Source: an uncultured delta proteobacterium
GTDB taxonomy: Bacteria; Desulfobacterota; Binatia; Binatales; Binataceae
Assembly (NCBI GenBank): GCA_963765675.1
Contig: CAVXXK010000003.1
Span: 512,001-576,000 of the forward strand
Direction of reading: 5' to 3'
Length of the DNA: 64,000 nucleotides
In this document: positions 28,372 to 40,594 of the stretch, one piece after another
Numbering within the stretch: position 1 is the first letter of the stretch
How the letters are laid out: every line of letters begins with the position of its first letter
Position numbers and translations under genes: made by a program
The notes under the pieces: generated by a model
What the model saw: the letters and a program-made list of their open reading frames with translations, nothing else
Database searches by the model: none
What the model was told of the DNA's origin: nothing

Positions 28372-30274
28372 TCAGCCCTCCAATACGCGGTTGATGCGGG
28401 TGACGATTTCGCTGACCTTGAACGGACGGCCCTGGATCTTGTTGAAGCCGACCGCGTCGATCAGGTAATCGGCGCGAACCATCTTCAGCAAATGGCCCAT
28501 GTTCATTTCGGCGATCATCACGGTCTTGAATTGGCGCAGCTTGGCAGCCAGATCGCGCGGCAGCGGATTCAGGTAGCGCAGATGGATGTGCGAGACCTTC
28601 TTGCCCTTCTCTCGCACCTGCTTGACGGCCTCGCGAATCGGACCGAAGGTGGAACCCCATCCGAGCACGACCAGGTCGCCGCCGTTCGCGTCGCCGAAGA
28701 TTTCAGTCGGCGGAATGTCCTGCGTGATCCCCGCGACCTTGCGCGCGCGCGTGCGGATCATCAGCTCGTGATTTGCGGGCGAGTAACTGATGTTGCCGGT
28801 CAGGTTCTCGCCGGTGATTCCGCCGAGCCGATGCTCGAGTCCCGGAGTGCCGGGAATCGCCCACGGACGCGCGAGCGTCTGGTCGTCGCGCGAGTACGGC
28901 AGAAATCCGACCGGGTCGGTTTCGAACTCAACTTTGATCGGCGCCAAGATCCTCAACCTTCGGCAGCAACCACGGCTCGGCGCCGTTGGCGAGCTGTCCG
29001 TCGGTGAGCAGGATCACAGGCGTCATGTACTTGACCGCGATTCGAACCGCCTCGTACGCGCAATCGAAACAATCGGCGGGAGTCGACGCGGCGATGATCG
29101 GAATCGGCGACTCGCCGTGACGTCCGTACATCGCCTGCAGCAAGTCGGCCTGCTCCGGCTTGGTCGGCATCCCGGTCGAAGGACCCGCGCGCTGGATGTC
29201 GGTAATCACGAGCGGCAGCTCGACCTTCACCGCCAGACCGACGGCCTCTGCCTTGAGATTCATGCCGGGGCCCGAGGTCGTGGTGATCGCGATCGCGCCG
29301 CCGAATGAGGCTCCGATCGCGGAGCACACGCCGGCAATCTCGTCCTCGGCCTGGAACGTATAGACCGGGAAATTCTTGAAGGTCGCGAGTTCATGCAGAA
29401 CGTCGCTGGCCGGCGTAATTGGGTATGATCCGAGGAACAGCGGACGATTCGATTTCACCGCCGCCGCGACAAATCCCAGCGCGGTCGCTGTGTTGCCCGT
29501 GATATTGCGGTAGAGGCCCGGAGCGATCTGCGCGGCGGGAACCTCGTACGACGAGGTGAACATCTCCGTGGTCTCGCCGTAATTGAAGCCGGCCTTGAAG
29601 ACGCGGATGTTCGCCTCGATGATCTCGGGATTCTTCTTGAACTTGCTCTCGATATACTCGATCGTGCTCTGGGTCGGGCGCTGATACAGCCACGAGAGCA
29701 TCCCCAGCACGAACATATTGCGGCTGCGGAACACGGCACGGTTGTTGAGTCCGAGCCCATGCACAGCGAGCGTGGTGAGCTTGGTCACGTCAACCTGGAT
29801 GACCTGGTACTTGTCGAGCGAATGGTCTGTGAGAGGATTATCGGTGTAGCCGGCGCGCTTCAGGTTCGCGGCGCTGAACGCCTCGCGATCGACGATTAGC
29901 AGGCCGTTGGGCGGCAGGTCTTCGAGGTTGGCCTTGAGCGCGGCCGGATTCATCGCGACCAGCACGTCGGGCTCGTCGCCGGCGGTAAAGATCTGATTGC
30001 TGGAAAAGTTGAGCTGAAATCCGCTGACTCCGGCGAGCGTACCCGCAGGGGCGCGGATCTCGGCCGGGAAATCCGGCAGCGTCGCGATATCGTTGCCGGC
30101 AAACGCCGACTCGGTCGTGAACTGCATCCCGGTCAACTGCATCCCGTCGCCGGAATCTCCGACGAAGCGGATGACGACGCGGTCTTTGCGCTGAAGAGGC
30201 TTCTTGGCGTCACCGGAACGGCGCTGACTCGGGGAGTCCGTAATCTGTCCGGCGGCCTCAGGTGGTACAGCCAT
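28372..30274 (-). CDS. korA: 2-oxoacid:ferredoxin oxidoreductase alpha subunit; +1 frameshift near 28947
   Basis: GDSGDGMQLTG, YPITPAS, QAEDEIA, QRAGPSTGMPTK. Continues in the 28372..28956 frame (PWAIPGTPG, GWGST, EMNMG). Confidence 0.92.
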
Positions 30275-30407
30275 CTCGGTCCAATCTCCTTACGCTGACA
30301 ATCGTGGTGATGAAGACATTGTTGGGTTACATGCGGAACAAAAGCTCAATCGTATGCGCGGAACTAAAGTATATCTAATGTTAGGATTTCGTGAAAGAGG
30401 GGGTTGC

Positions 30408-30686
30408 TTATCTGATTTCAAACCCGGCGAGCTCTCCGCTCCACTCCATCCACTCCTGCTCCACTGAACTCACACTCGCGAACCGCGGCCCCTGATGCGC
30501 CCACGCCGCAAGCTTGTCCAATCCATCCTTATCCCCTTCGGCGACAATTTCAACGCCTCCGCCCGCCAGGTTTCGCGCCCATCCCGCAAGCCCGTGCCGC
30601 TGGGCCTCGGCGACGGCAGCCCAGCGGAAGCCGACGCCCTGCACCCGTCCGGTAACAATCAGCCGCATCCGCGCCCGTGCCGCCAT
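30408..30686 (-). CDS. acyP: acylphosphatase
   Basis: GRVQGVGFR, GWARN, HQGP. Confidence 0.93.
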   Translation of the reverse strand: MAARARMRLIVTGRVQGVGFRWAAVAEAQRHGLAGWARNLAGGGVEIVAEGDKDGLDKLAAWAHQGPRFASVSSVEQEWMEWSGELAGFEIR

Positions 30687-30697
30687 CGCGAAATCCC

Positions 30698-32737
<2,040 letters not shown>

Positions 32738-33106
32738 TTAGTTCTCGTTCGGTTGGTAAACCCGAACCCTTCCGATCTCAACTATCCAGAGCTTGCCGTC
32801 CAGTCGTTCTTTGCCCAGCGCGGATCGAAGCGTGCTTATCAGATCGTGAAGGGCGCGAGCCGACGGATGCCGCGGCAGACGAAGAACCGCTATTCCGTGA
32901 TAGCGCGACGGGCGATAGGTCAGTGGATTCGCAAAGCCCAAGTCGAGCGTCACTATTGCTCTGCGCTCACGACGGCATCGCTCGATCAGATCGCTGTCCG
33001 AGGCGCCGCTCATGGTCTGTTCGCTAACCGTCGAGACGTCATGTCCTGCCGCTCGCAACGGAATCGCCAGGCGCGGAGCCAAATTCTCGTCGAGCTTGAG
33101 TTTCAA
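32738..33106 (-). CDS. DUF5615 PIN-like protein (putative toxin)
   Basis: MKLKLDENL, GHDV, SDSD, IVTLDLGF. Confidence 0.85.
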   Translation of the reverse strand: MKLKLDENLAPRLAIPLRAAGHDVSTVSEQTMSGASDSDLIERCRRERRAIVTLDLGFANPLTYRPSRYHGIAVLRLPRHPSARALHDLISTLRSALGKERLDGKLWIVEIGRVRVYQPNEN

Positions 33107-33369
33107 TGCCGGGGATGGGTAGGAATTTCGACGAACCGTTCTCGAGACATTTCCGCTCCATATGCGATGCAGGCATCGATATCGGCGTTATCCAGCCCCG
33201 GATACTCATTTCGGATCCCTTCTTTGGACTCACCACTGGCGAGAAGGTCCAGAATAAGCGAGACCCAGATCCGATGACCTCTGATGCACGGTTTTCCAAA
33301 ACACACTTTCGGGTCGATGGATATTCGTTTCAAAAGGCTTTTACGGCTCGCCACTGGCCACCTCGCCAA
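33103..33369 (-). CDS. DUF433 protein (putative antitoxin)
   Basis: RISIDPKVCFGKPCIRGHRIWV...EYPGL...DIDACIAY; 4-bp overlap with the PIN gene. Confidence 0.9.
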   Translation of the reverse strand: MARWPVASRKSLLKRISIDPKVCFGKPCIRGHRIWVSLILDLLASGESKEGIRNEYPGLDNADIDACIAYGAEMSRERFVEIPTHPRH

Positions 33370-33394
33370 TCGTGGTTACTCGGTGTCTCCAATC

Positions 33395-34090
33395 CTAGCG
33401 CCGGGAATAGCCCATCGCGTCGAGGAAGTCGTCGAGGGTCGTGAATCGCATATACATATTGTGACGCTTCTGGTCGGCGATCGTAGTACTTGATTCCGAG
33501 GAATAGGCATGGCCGGGAAATACTACGGTCGCGTCATCGAGCGACTTCAATGTAGTATTCAGGCTATGGTACATCGCCTCGGGGTCTGAGCCCGGCAGAT
33601 CGACGCGCCCGCACGAATTCACGAATAAAGTATCGCCAGAAATCAGATTTCCCTCGGCCAGAAAGCATTGCGAGCCGGGAGTATGGCCGGGAGTATGGAG
33701 AAACTTCACCTCGATCTCGCCGACCTTGAACGTATCGCCGGCTTCGACCTTTACTATATCGCTGTCGGAAAGGCCCGCGACCTTTTTTGCGCCTTCCGCT
33801 TCGTGCTTGTTGAGATATACTTTCGCCTTTACCCGCTCCAGCATCTCTGCCACGCCTTCGATACTCTGCCCCATCATCTTTCCACCCAGATGATCCGGAT
33901 GGTAGTGAGTAATCAGAATTTTATCCAGTTCGTACCCTTCGCGCTCGACGAAATTGCAGATTTTGGCGACGTCCCAGGCGGGATCCACTACTGCCGCTTT
34001 CTTGGCGACTTTGTCACCCACTATATAAACGAAATTCGCCATCGGACCGATTTGCGCCTGGCGAAGATAGAGTCGATTTTCCGCTTCCAT
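33395..34090 (-). CDS. MBL-fold metallo-hydrolase (glyoxalase II-like)
   Basis: NFVYIV, VDPAWD, THYHPDH, HTPGHTPGS, SGDTLF, PGH; start ATG 34090. Confidence 0.9.
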   Translation of the reverse strand: MEAENRLYLRQAQIGPMANFVYIVGDKVAKKAAVVDPAWDVAKICNFVEREGYELDKILITHYHPDHLGGKMMGQSIEGVAEMLERVKAKVYLNKHEAEGAKKVAGLSDSDIVKVEAGDTFKVGEIEVKFLHTPGHTPGSQCFLAEGNLISGDTLFVNSCGRVDLPGSDPEAMYHSLNTTLKSLDDATVVFPGHAYSSESSTTIADQKRHNMYMRFTTLDDFLDAMGYSRR

Positions 34091-34107
34091 GACCGATCTC
34101 CGGGGAT

Positions 34108-34782
34108 TCAGGATTTCGCGGCACCGCTGCGCGCGGCGTGTCGTTTCATCGCGGCTCTGCGCCGCGCGGCCTTGATTTCGGGATCGTCCAGCCGCAGGCC
34201 ACGATCCCACAGGAACTCGGACTCGCCGAGCTTGTGCGCGACCCATCGCGATTGCACGAAAAGATGATCGCTCAGCCGATTCACGTAGATGATTAACTGC
34301 TCGTTGATCGGTTCCTCGCGCTGGAGGGTCCACAGCACCCGCTCCGCACGACGGCATACAGTACGTGCCTGATGCAGAAATGCGTTCAACACGCCGCCGC
34401 CCGGGAGCGTGAAGGATTTGAGCGGCTCGAGCACTTTCTCCATCCGATCCATCTCGTTTTCGAGGAGATCGATTTCGAGCGCGCTCATCCGATACATCCC
34501 CTCGTACTCGCCGTCGTGCGGAGTAGCCAGTTCGCTGCCGACGTCGAACAACTCGTTCTGAATCCGGCGCAACATTTCGGCGTACCAGACGCCATCCGCA
34601 CCGAGCCGGGACACGTATCCGGGCAGATAGGTCCGCACGATTCCGATGATCGAGTTGAGCTCGTCGATCGTGCCGTAGGCGTTGATGCGTCCGTGCTCTT
34701 TCGGCACGCGGCGGCCGCCGACGAGAGCGGTCGTGCCCTTGTCGCCGGTGCGGGTGTAGATTCGGTTGAGCCGAATAGCCAT
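34108..34782 (-). CDS. pduO: cob(I)alamin adenosyltransferase, PduO type
   Basis: IYTRTGDKGTT, YGTIDELNS, IQNELFDVG, ARTVCRRAER, NRLSDHLF. Confidence 0.92.
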   Translation of the reverse strand: MAIRLNRIYTRTGDKGTTALVGGRRVPKEHGRINAYGTIDELNSIIGIVRTYLPGYVSRLGADGVWYAEMLRRIQNELFDVGSELATPHDGEYEGMYRMSALEIDLLENEMDRMEKVLEPLKSFTLPGGGVLNAFLHQARTVCRRAERVLWTLQREEPINEQLIIYVNRLSDHLFVQSRWVAHKLGESEFLWDRGLRLDDPEIKAARRRAAMKRHAARSGAAKS

Positions 34783-35222
34783 TAGATATTCGCCTTTTTG
34801 CGGATTGCTTCGTACGACGCGTCGCCAAGATCGGTCGAGACCGGCAGTCCGCTGTCGCGCCATCCCGGAACGACCACCGTGCCGGATTGATCGCGCTGTC
34901 CGCCGAAGCCGCCGGTGACATTGGTCAGATCGGCATAGCCGGCATCCTCGAGCATCTCGCACGCGCGCATCGAGCGTCCGCCGGCCTGGCAGCCGACGAC
35001 GAGGGTTTTATTTTTCGGCAGAATTTTTTCCGCGATTTCGAGAAAATCGGGATTTAACTGCATCTGGCCGGGACCTTTGATGAACACGACCGGAATATTG
35101 ATCGCGCCCGCGGGATGACCCTGCGCAAACTCGCCCTCGGTGCGCACGTCGAGGTAGATCGCTTCGGGATTGCGCTTGAGCGTCTCATTCGCGTCGCGCG
35201 GCGGTTGCTCTTTTATCGGCAT
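34782..35222 (-). CDS. rhodanese-like domain protein
   Basis: YLDVRTEGEF, GHPAGAINIP, CQAGGRS. Confidence 0.9.
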   Translation of the reverse strand: MPIKEQPPRDANETLKRNPEAIYLDVRTEGEFAQGHPAGAINIPVVFIKGPGQMQLNPDFLEIAEKILPKNKTLVVGCQAGGRSMRACEMLEDAGYADLTNVTGGFGGQRDQSGTVVVPGWRDSGLPVSTDLGDASYEAIRKKANI

Positions 35223-35291
35223 GGGAATTCACCTTTGAATCTTCAATCGCAATTCTAGCAGATAACGATGCGGCTCGCTCGGCGCGGTTGA

Positions 35292-35804
35292 TCAGGCTTG
35301 CGGCTTTCCGACCCGTTCATGATGCACCATCGCACTGCGCGGTTTCAGCGGACGCGCCTCGGGCGGGCGCGTCGCGTCGGGGTAGCCGAATGGCAGAATC
35401 GTGAAGATGCCCCATCCCGCGGGCAGATCGATGAGCGGGCCGATCTTCGCGGCGTCGAAATTGCCGACCCAGCAGGTCCCCAGCCCGAGCGCCCATCCGG
35501 CGTTGGCCATGTTCTGCACGGCCTGCGCGCAATCGACGTCGGCCCATCGCGTGTTGCCGAGATCCTTCAGCACGACAACCGCGCTCGGAGCGTCGGCGAC
35601 AAATTTGCCGGTGCTGCAGAGCGCGCCGATCTCTTTGAGGCGGGTGCGATCGCGAATCACCACGAATTGCCACGGCTGCAGGTTGCGCGCGCTCATCGCA
35701 TGGCGTCCGGCCTCGACGATTTTGTTTAGCTTGTCGTCATCGACCGCTTTGGGCGCGAATGCCCGTTGCACCTTGCGCGAATTGATCGCCTCTATCGCGT
35801 CCAT
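35292..35804 (-). CDS. nitroreductase family protein
   Basis: MDAIEAINSR, SARNLQPWQFVVI, GLGTCWVG, PFGYP; GGAGG RBS. Confidence 0.88.
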   Translation of the reverse strand: MDAIEAINSRKVQRAFAPKAVDDDKLNKIVEAGRHAMSARNLQPWQFVVIRDRTRLKEIGALCSTGKFVADAPSAVVVLKDLGNTRWADVDCAQAVQNMANAGWALGLGTCWVGNFDAAKIGPLIDLPAGWGIFTILPFGYPDATRPPEARPLKPRSAMVHHERVGKPQA

Positions 35805-36178
35805 CGTGGACCTCCCGTGCTGCAACCGGGCGGCGAGCCCCTTACAGCCGTAAGATTGAATTTTTAACGGCGCTTGCAAGTCTTGTAGTATCAACTCGCG
35901 CCAAATTCTAGTTGACGATCGGGGACCAGAGGACGGAATCGGCGCCGGCGCGGGGACGCTTCGACTGCATGCAGCGAAGCCGCTGCGCAGTTGAGCGCCG
36001 GGATTCGCAGAAAATCGATGCCCGCGCAATAAAGAATCCGGCGGCATCAGGATTGCTGGACAACGGCCGTCCGCCGAATGGAACGCGGGCTATCGACGCG
36101 GATGATTCGCGTGGGGAGTAATTTTTGAAAATAATCCGAATCGAGCGCTTGTTGCCCCGCATCGTCGATGCGCCGCGC

Positions 36179-38950
36179 GTGCATCATCGAAGTGCATTCA
36201 GTTCCGTTCCGAAAATAATTCTCGCGCTGGCGTGCGCGATGCTCGCGGCGATTTCCACTCCCGCCGCCGCGATCGCGGCGCAGGCGTCCGCATTCAAGAT
36301 CTATTTCAGCGGGACCGAAAACCTTGTGCTCGATCGCCTGAGGCTCGACCCGTCGACACATCGCGTGAGCGATCTGGCCGATGCGCAAGCCGCGGTCTTC
36401 GACGACGCCCTGCCCGCTCCCGGTCCTGCGCTCGACGCGCTCAAGGCGAGAGTGGCGGCCGGCATGGGTGTGGTCATCGTCACAGGGCCGAATACCGATC
36501 CTGCCGCGTTGGGGGCTCTGACCGGAGGAGCGATCACGCAGACGGGGACGGTGGATGTGCCCACCGGACCGACGCACGCGCAAGAGATCGAGAAACTCGC
36601 CGCGATAATCGTTTACACAGGCCCGGCGTCGAATCCGCTTGCAACCAACGTGAGCTGGAAGTCCGCGGTGCGGGTGCACGAGCGCTCGCTCCTCGCCACG
36701 ACGCCGGCCGCGACCGTCCTGGTTGCGACCAGCGGCAAGGATCCGGTGCGCGCGCATACTCCGATCCTGATCGAGATGAAGTCGGGTGCCGGGACGATCT
36801 ACGTGCTCAACGTATGGCTCCGGCAGGGCGACCAGCGCGCGCGGATCGCGAGCTATCGCAAGCTGCTCGGCGGGATCGCGGGTGCGCAGAATTACGATTT
36901 CCAGCGCTGGGCCTACTTCAACTGGCTCCTCTACGACATGTCGCGATCGTCGGCGGGCGTCGCCGCGGCGCCGTACGGGTCATGGATCGGATCGCCGGTG
37001 CCGGACACGCAGCAGATCATCTGGCTCGGCGTGATCTTCTCGACGATGTTCGCCGCATTCGTGATCTGCTACATCATCGTGCGCCGCTACAGCCTGAGGC
37101 ATCCCGAGCAGCTCGACCATTTTTATCTGCCGGCAAAGCAATCCTCGGCACCGCAGCCAGCCTCGCTCGGCGCTGCGGCGGCGGTGCCGATCGCAGCCGA
37201 GACTGCGCCGAACCGCGGCGACCCGCGATGGGAGAAAGTCGGGTTCCATCGCCCGCTCTCCGGCTTCTTCTTCAACTATCTGCTCGCGCTGATTGTCATG
37301 ATCCCGTTCAACTTCATCGTGACGTTTTACATCGAGCGCAACTTCGTCAATCCATTCCTCGAGGCGCGCGGCGCGTGGGCCGCCGTCACCCAATTCATGC
37401 TGTTCTTCTTTACGCTGCTCGATCTCGGGACCGGGCAGGCGATGGTGAAATATTTCGCCGAATACCGGGTGAAAGAACCCGGCCGCGCGATCAGCTACGC
37501 GCAATTCTTCATCTGGTTTCATGCGATGGCGGGGATGTTCCAAATCACGGCGCTCGGACTTATCGCCGCGATCTGGATGCCGCACACCGCGATGGCGTTT
37601 CTGACGTGGTTCGTGATCCTGCACACGCTCATCCAGTTCCCGGGCTTCATCGCGATTTTCTCGAACCTGTTCCGCGCGCTGCAACGCTTCGACTACGCGC
37701 AGTTGCTGATCGTCCTAACCTACGTGCTCAATCCGTTCGTGCAGCTCACCTGCGGCGTCTACGGGCGGCACTGGGGACTGGTGCATCCGGTGTTCGGCGA
37801 AGGGATGGGCGTGGTGTTCGGCTTCGCGATCGGCGGCGTGATCGCGAACCTCTTGATGGGCGCGTTCTGCGCGGTGTTCTACGACAAGATGGGTTTTCGG
37901 CTGATCACGATCTTCCTTGCGCACTTCGATCGCGACACGGTCCGCAAATCGCTCATCTACGGAATCAAGCTGACCGGCGGGCAGGTGCTGGCCGCGACCT
38001 CGTGGGCGCTGGTCCCGGTCATCATGGGAATCCTGATTCCGAATTTCCTCGAGCTCAACGAAATCTGGATCCTGACTTACTCGCTGACCTTCGCCTACCT
38101 CGAGACCGGCGCCTACATCTTCACCACGCTGATGCCGTCGATCTCGGAGAGCTATTCGCAGGCGATGATGTTTCTGACGCGGCGCTACCTCGACCAGGGT
38201 TTGCGGTGGGGAATAATCGTCACCTCGATGCTGGGCGGAGCATTTGTCGCGTTCTCGGACATTTTCGTGAACGGACTGCTGCCGCCGCAGTTCGTGCGCG
38301 CGGCGGGCGTCATGATGCTGATGCATGTGTGGCGCGTGTTCGACTTCACGACCCGGATGCCGGATCAGGTGTTCCAGGGAGTCGGACGCACGGGACTGTT
38401 CACGATGACCGCGCTGGTGGAAAACGTCGGGCGCGTCATCCTGTCGTGGTATCTGATCAAATGGTACGGATTCGACGGCGTGTTCTACGCGTTCATCCTG
38501 TCGTCGATCATGAAGTCGGCGCTGGCGTGGCCGCTGATGGGCTACCTGATCGCGTGGCCGTCGATCAGCGTCTGGCAGACGCTAGTCAATCCGATCCTGG
38601 CGGCGTTTGGGAACTATGTAGTACTGCACGAATTCGCGATCGCGGTTTTTCGCGGACCCGGACACGCCGGAAGCGCATGGCTGGTCGTGCTGCTGTGCCT
38701 GTTCGGATCGCTGCCGGTCTATATGTTCATCACCGGGCTGCTTGGATGGGACACTCCCGCGCTGCTGGAATTTCGCGACGCGGCCGAGCTGGTGCCGCCG
38801 CCGTTCGGAGCGATCGCGCGGATGGCGCATCGAATCGTGCAGTTCGGCTCGATGCTGAGTCCGTTGCAGGATCGATTCCCGGGCCAGTTGGTGGAGGAGG
38901 CGGCGGCGCAGGCCAGAGAGTTAACCGCGCTAAAGGCCGAGATGCATTAG
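36179..38950 (+). CDS. extracytoplasmic N-terminal domain fused to a multi-pass MOP/oligosaccharide flippase-like membrane domain
   Basis: Signal peptide, about 250 aa soluble domain, one TM, then 12-14 hydrophobic segments with DLGTGQAMVKYFAE and MPSISE. Start codon uncertain. Confidence 0.7.
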   Translation: MHHRSAFSSVPKIILALACAMLAAISTPAAAIAAQASAFKIYFSGTENLVLDRLRLDPSTHRVSDLADAQAAVFDDALPAPGPALDALKARVAAGMGVVIVTGPNTDPAALGALTGGAITQTGTVDVPTGPTHAQEIEKLAAIIVYTGPASNPLATNVSWKSAVRVHERSLLATTPAATVLVATSGKDPVRAHTPILIEMKSGAGTIYVLNVWLRQGDQRARIASYRKLLGGIAGAQNYDFQRWAYFNWLLYDMSRSSAGVAAAPYGSWIGSPVPDTQQIIWLGVIFSTMFAAFVICYIIVRRYSLRHPEQLDHFYLPAKQSSAPQPASLGAAAAVPIAAETAPNRGDPRWEKVGFHRPLSGFFFNYLLALIVMIPFNFIVTFYIERNFVNPFLEARGAWAAVTQFMLFFFTLLDLGTGQAMVKYFAEYRVKEPGRAISYAQFFIWFHAMAGMFQITALGLIAAIWMPHTAMAFLTWFVILHTLIQFPGFIAIFSNLFRALQRFDYAQLLIVLTYVLNPFVQLTCGVYGRHWGLVHPVFGEGMGVVFGFAIGGVIANLLMGAFCAVFYDKMGFRLITIFLAHFDRDTVRKSLIYGIKLTGGQVLAATSWALVPVIMGILIPNFLELNEIWILTYSLTFAYLETGAYIFTTLMPSISESYSQAMMFLTRRYLDQGLRWGIIVTSMLGGAFVAFSDIFVNGLLPPQFVRAAGVMMLMHVWRVFDFTTRMPDQVFQGVGRTGLFTMTALVENVGRVILSWYLIKWYGFDGVFYAFILSSIMKSALAWPLMGYLIAWPSISVWQTLVNPILAAFGNYVVLHEFAIAVFRGPGHAGSAWLVVLLCLFGSLPVYMFITGLLGWDTPALLEFRDAAELVPPPFGAIARMAHRIVQFGSMLSPLQDRFPGQLVEEAAAQARELTALKAEMH

Positions 38951-39016
38951 GGCGGGATCGGCGCGAGATCCTGCAAGGCCACTGAGAGAGTATTCAAGCA
39001 CCAGCCGCGATCGAGC

Positions 39017-39182
39017 AAGGCCGCCCTCACCCGCTGGAGGCTTCGCGCAGCGAAGCCTCTAGCGACCTCTCCCGAAGGGAGAGGCGCAATCGTCGTCTGC
39101 CCCTCTCCCTCCGGGAGAGGGCAAGCGGCGCGGCGATTGCTTTTTTCAGCAATCGCCGTGACGCGCGGGTGAGGGCGGCCTT
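39017..39182. repeat. REP/MITE-like element with 18-bp perfect terminal inverted repeats
   Basis: AAGGCCGCCCTCACCCGC (39017-39034) / GCGGGTGAGGGCGGCCTT (39165-39182); internal CCTCTCCC..GGGAGAGG hairpins. Confidence 0.8.
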
Positions 39183-39209
39183 CCTCGATCGCGGCTGCGA
39201 CCTGATGGA

Positions 39210-39491
39210 CTATCCCCGCCGATAAACCGCGTAGTCGCGTTGGAGCTTTGCCACGCGATCCTGCATCGAGGGCGAGCGCTGCATCTCGAGAAAAAACTCC
39301 ACCAGCTCCTGGTGCGCTACCTGCCCGCCGGGACTCAGGAGCTCCACCAGTTCTTCGATCAGGCTTGGGAACTTCTCGCTCGGAATATAATAGTTGGCCC
39401 AGCCGAAGTTGCAGTGGCGATGCAAAATCTTCGCGATGGTCTTTTCGAGTTCTTCGCGCCTGCCCGCGCTGTTTTCCCGTTCGTCGCTCAA
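39210..39491 (-). CDS. hypothetical protein
   Basis: 93-aa helical-looking ORF with a GGGGGAG RBS-like site, co-oriented with the upstream gene. Confidence 0.6.
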   Translation of the reverse strand: MSDERENSAGRREELEKTIAKILHRHCNFGWANYYIPSEKFPSLIEELVELLSPGGQVAHQELVEFFLEMQRSPSMQDRVAKLQRDYAVYRRG

Positions 39492-39521
39492 GGTTGCTCC
39501 CCCGCTTGCGGAAATTGCGTA

Positions 39522-40427
39522 TCAGGCGCCCTTCTTGATCTGGACCGGCGTCAATTCCTCGGCCCACAGGATCTTGTGGTAGTCGAAACGCATGTTCTCG
39601 ATGATATTGAACTTGACGATCTCGAAATAGGGCGACAAGTCGAAATCCCGCGGCGTTACCAGCCACGGCGGAACCGAATGAAACACCCCCGCCGGCAGCG
39701 GCGCGGTCCGCCGGCGCCGGATTACCGGCCACAGCCTGCCCTGCCGGGGAGCCGCCGCGGGGGTTCCGTCGGGCAACTGCTCGTAGCGCGGCACGATCGG
39801 GAACCGCACCCGCGCGAAGCATGACGCGATCAGGCTCGAGCAGATAACGCGGGTCGGCTCGCCGCTGCCGAAGTGCAGCGCCTGGCGGCGAAAGCGCGCC
39901 GGGATCAGGCTGACCGGCAGGAAATAGCGCGCGAGGTCGACCGCGTTCTTGATGTCGTACTGGTCGCCGACGTTGGCGATCGCCTCGTCCATCACCGCGC
40001 TGAGATCCTGCGCCGACAAATTGTAGGGACGGCATATGCGGATGTTGAAATCGCGGTAGCGGCTGAGCGGCGACAACACCACGCCCGACTCGACCAGCGC
40101 CTCGACCAGCAGGAATTCGGCGTCGTCGCCGTAGAGCTTCACATACTCGGCGCGCGCCTGCGGATTGCGCCGCAGCGGTTCATCGCCGACGTAGAGTGCC
40201 GAATGCGACCACGAGCTCTGGGTCAGGTACTTGATGCACTGGCTGATACGCTCGTTGCCCTCGACCAGGATGACGTCGCCCTTGCGGATATGGCGGCGCA
40301 AGCTCGCGAGATCGTTGGGCGCGTGGAGATCGTAGCTTTTGAGCGGCTTGGTAAGAATCGCGACGGCGGCGTCGGCAATCTTTTGCCGCAGCCACGTGAT
40401 CGGATTGTATGTTTCCGTCCAGGCCAT
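39522..40427 (-). CDS. permuted papain-like amidase (YiiX/YebB, NlpC/P60 superfamily)
   Basis: GDVILVEG, TQSSWSHSALYVG (His), ICSSLIA (Cys), PRDFDLSPYF. Confidence 0.85.
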   Translation of the reverse strand: MAWTETYNPITWLRQKIADAAVAILTKPLKSYDLHAPNDLASLRRHIRKGDVILVEGNERISQCIKYLTQSSWSHSALYVGDEPLRRNPQARAEYVKLYGDDAEFLLVEALVESGVVLSPLSRYRDFNIRICRPYNLSAQDLSAVMDEAIANVGDQYDIKNAVDLARYFLPVSLIPARFRRQALHFGSGEPTRVICSSLIASCFARVRFPIVPRYEQLPDGTPAAAPRQGRLWPVIRRRRTAPLPAGVFHSVPPWLVTPRDFDLSPYFEIVKFNIIENMRFDYHKILWAEELTPVQIKKGA

Positions 40428-40551
40428 GAAGTGGGCTTGAGCGGCCGCTTTCCCGATGCGGCGCACAGCCGTCATCTCTAATTGAATATACGAGCGAACA
40501 GGACCCTGAGACAAGGCGGAACGATCTCGGGCGCTGCACCCCCTCCTTTAA

Positions 40552-40581
40552 TCCTCCCCCGTGTCGGACAACGGGGGAGGA
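40552..40581. repeat. REP-like hairpin
   Basis: TCCTCCCCCGT-GTCGGACA-ACGGGGGAGGA. Confidence 0.55.
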
Positions 40582-40594
40582 ATCAGCGATATAG

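Noticed and set aside
34091-34921. Apparent 508-aa fusion upstream of the MBL hydrolase
   Set aside because: Overlaps pduO and rhodanese in another frame; the sequence is Arg/Ala-rich shadow translation.
36232-38985. 917-aa alternative-frame ORF, and similar long shadows such as 908..2359, 5155..6678 and 41965..43254
   Set aside because: Arg-rich, motif-free products typical of stop-poor frames in high-GC DNA, overlapping well-supported genes.
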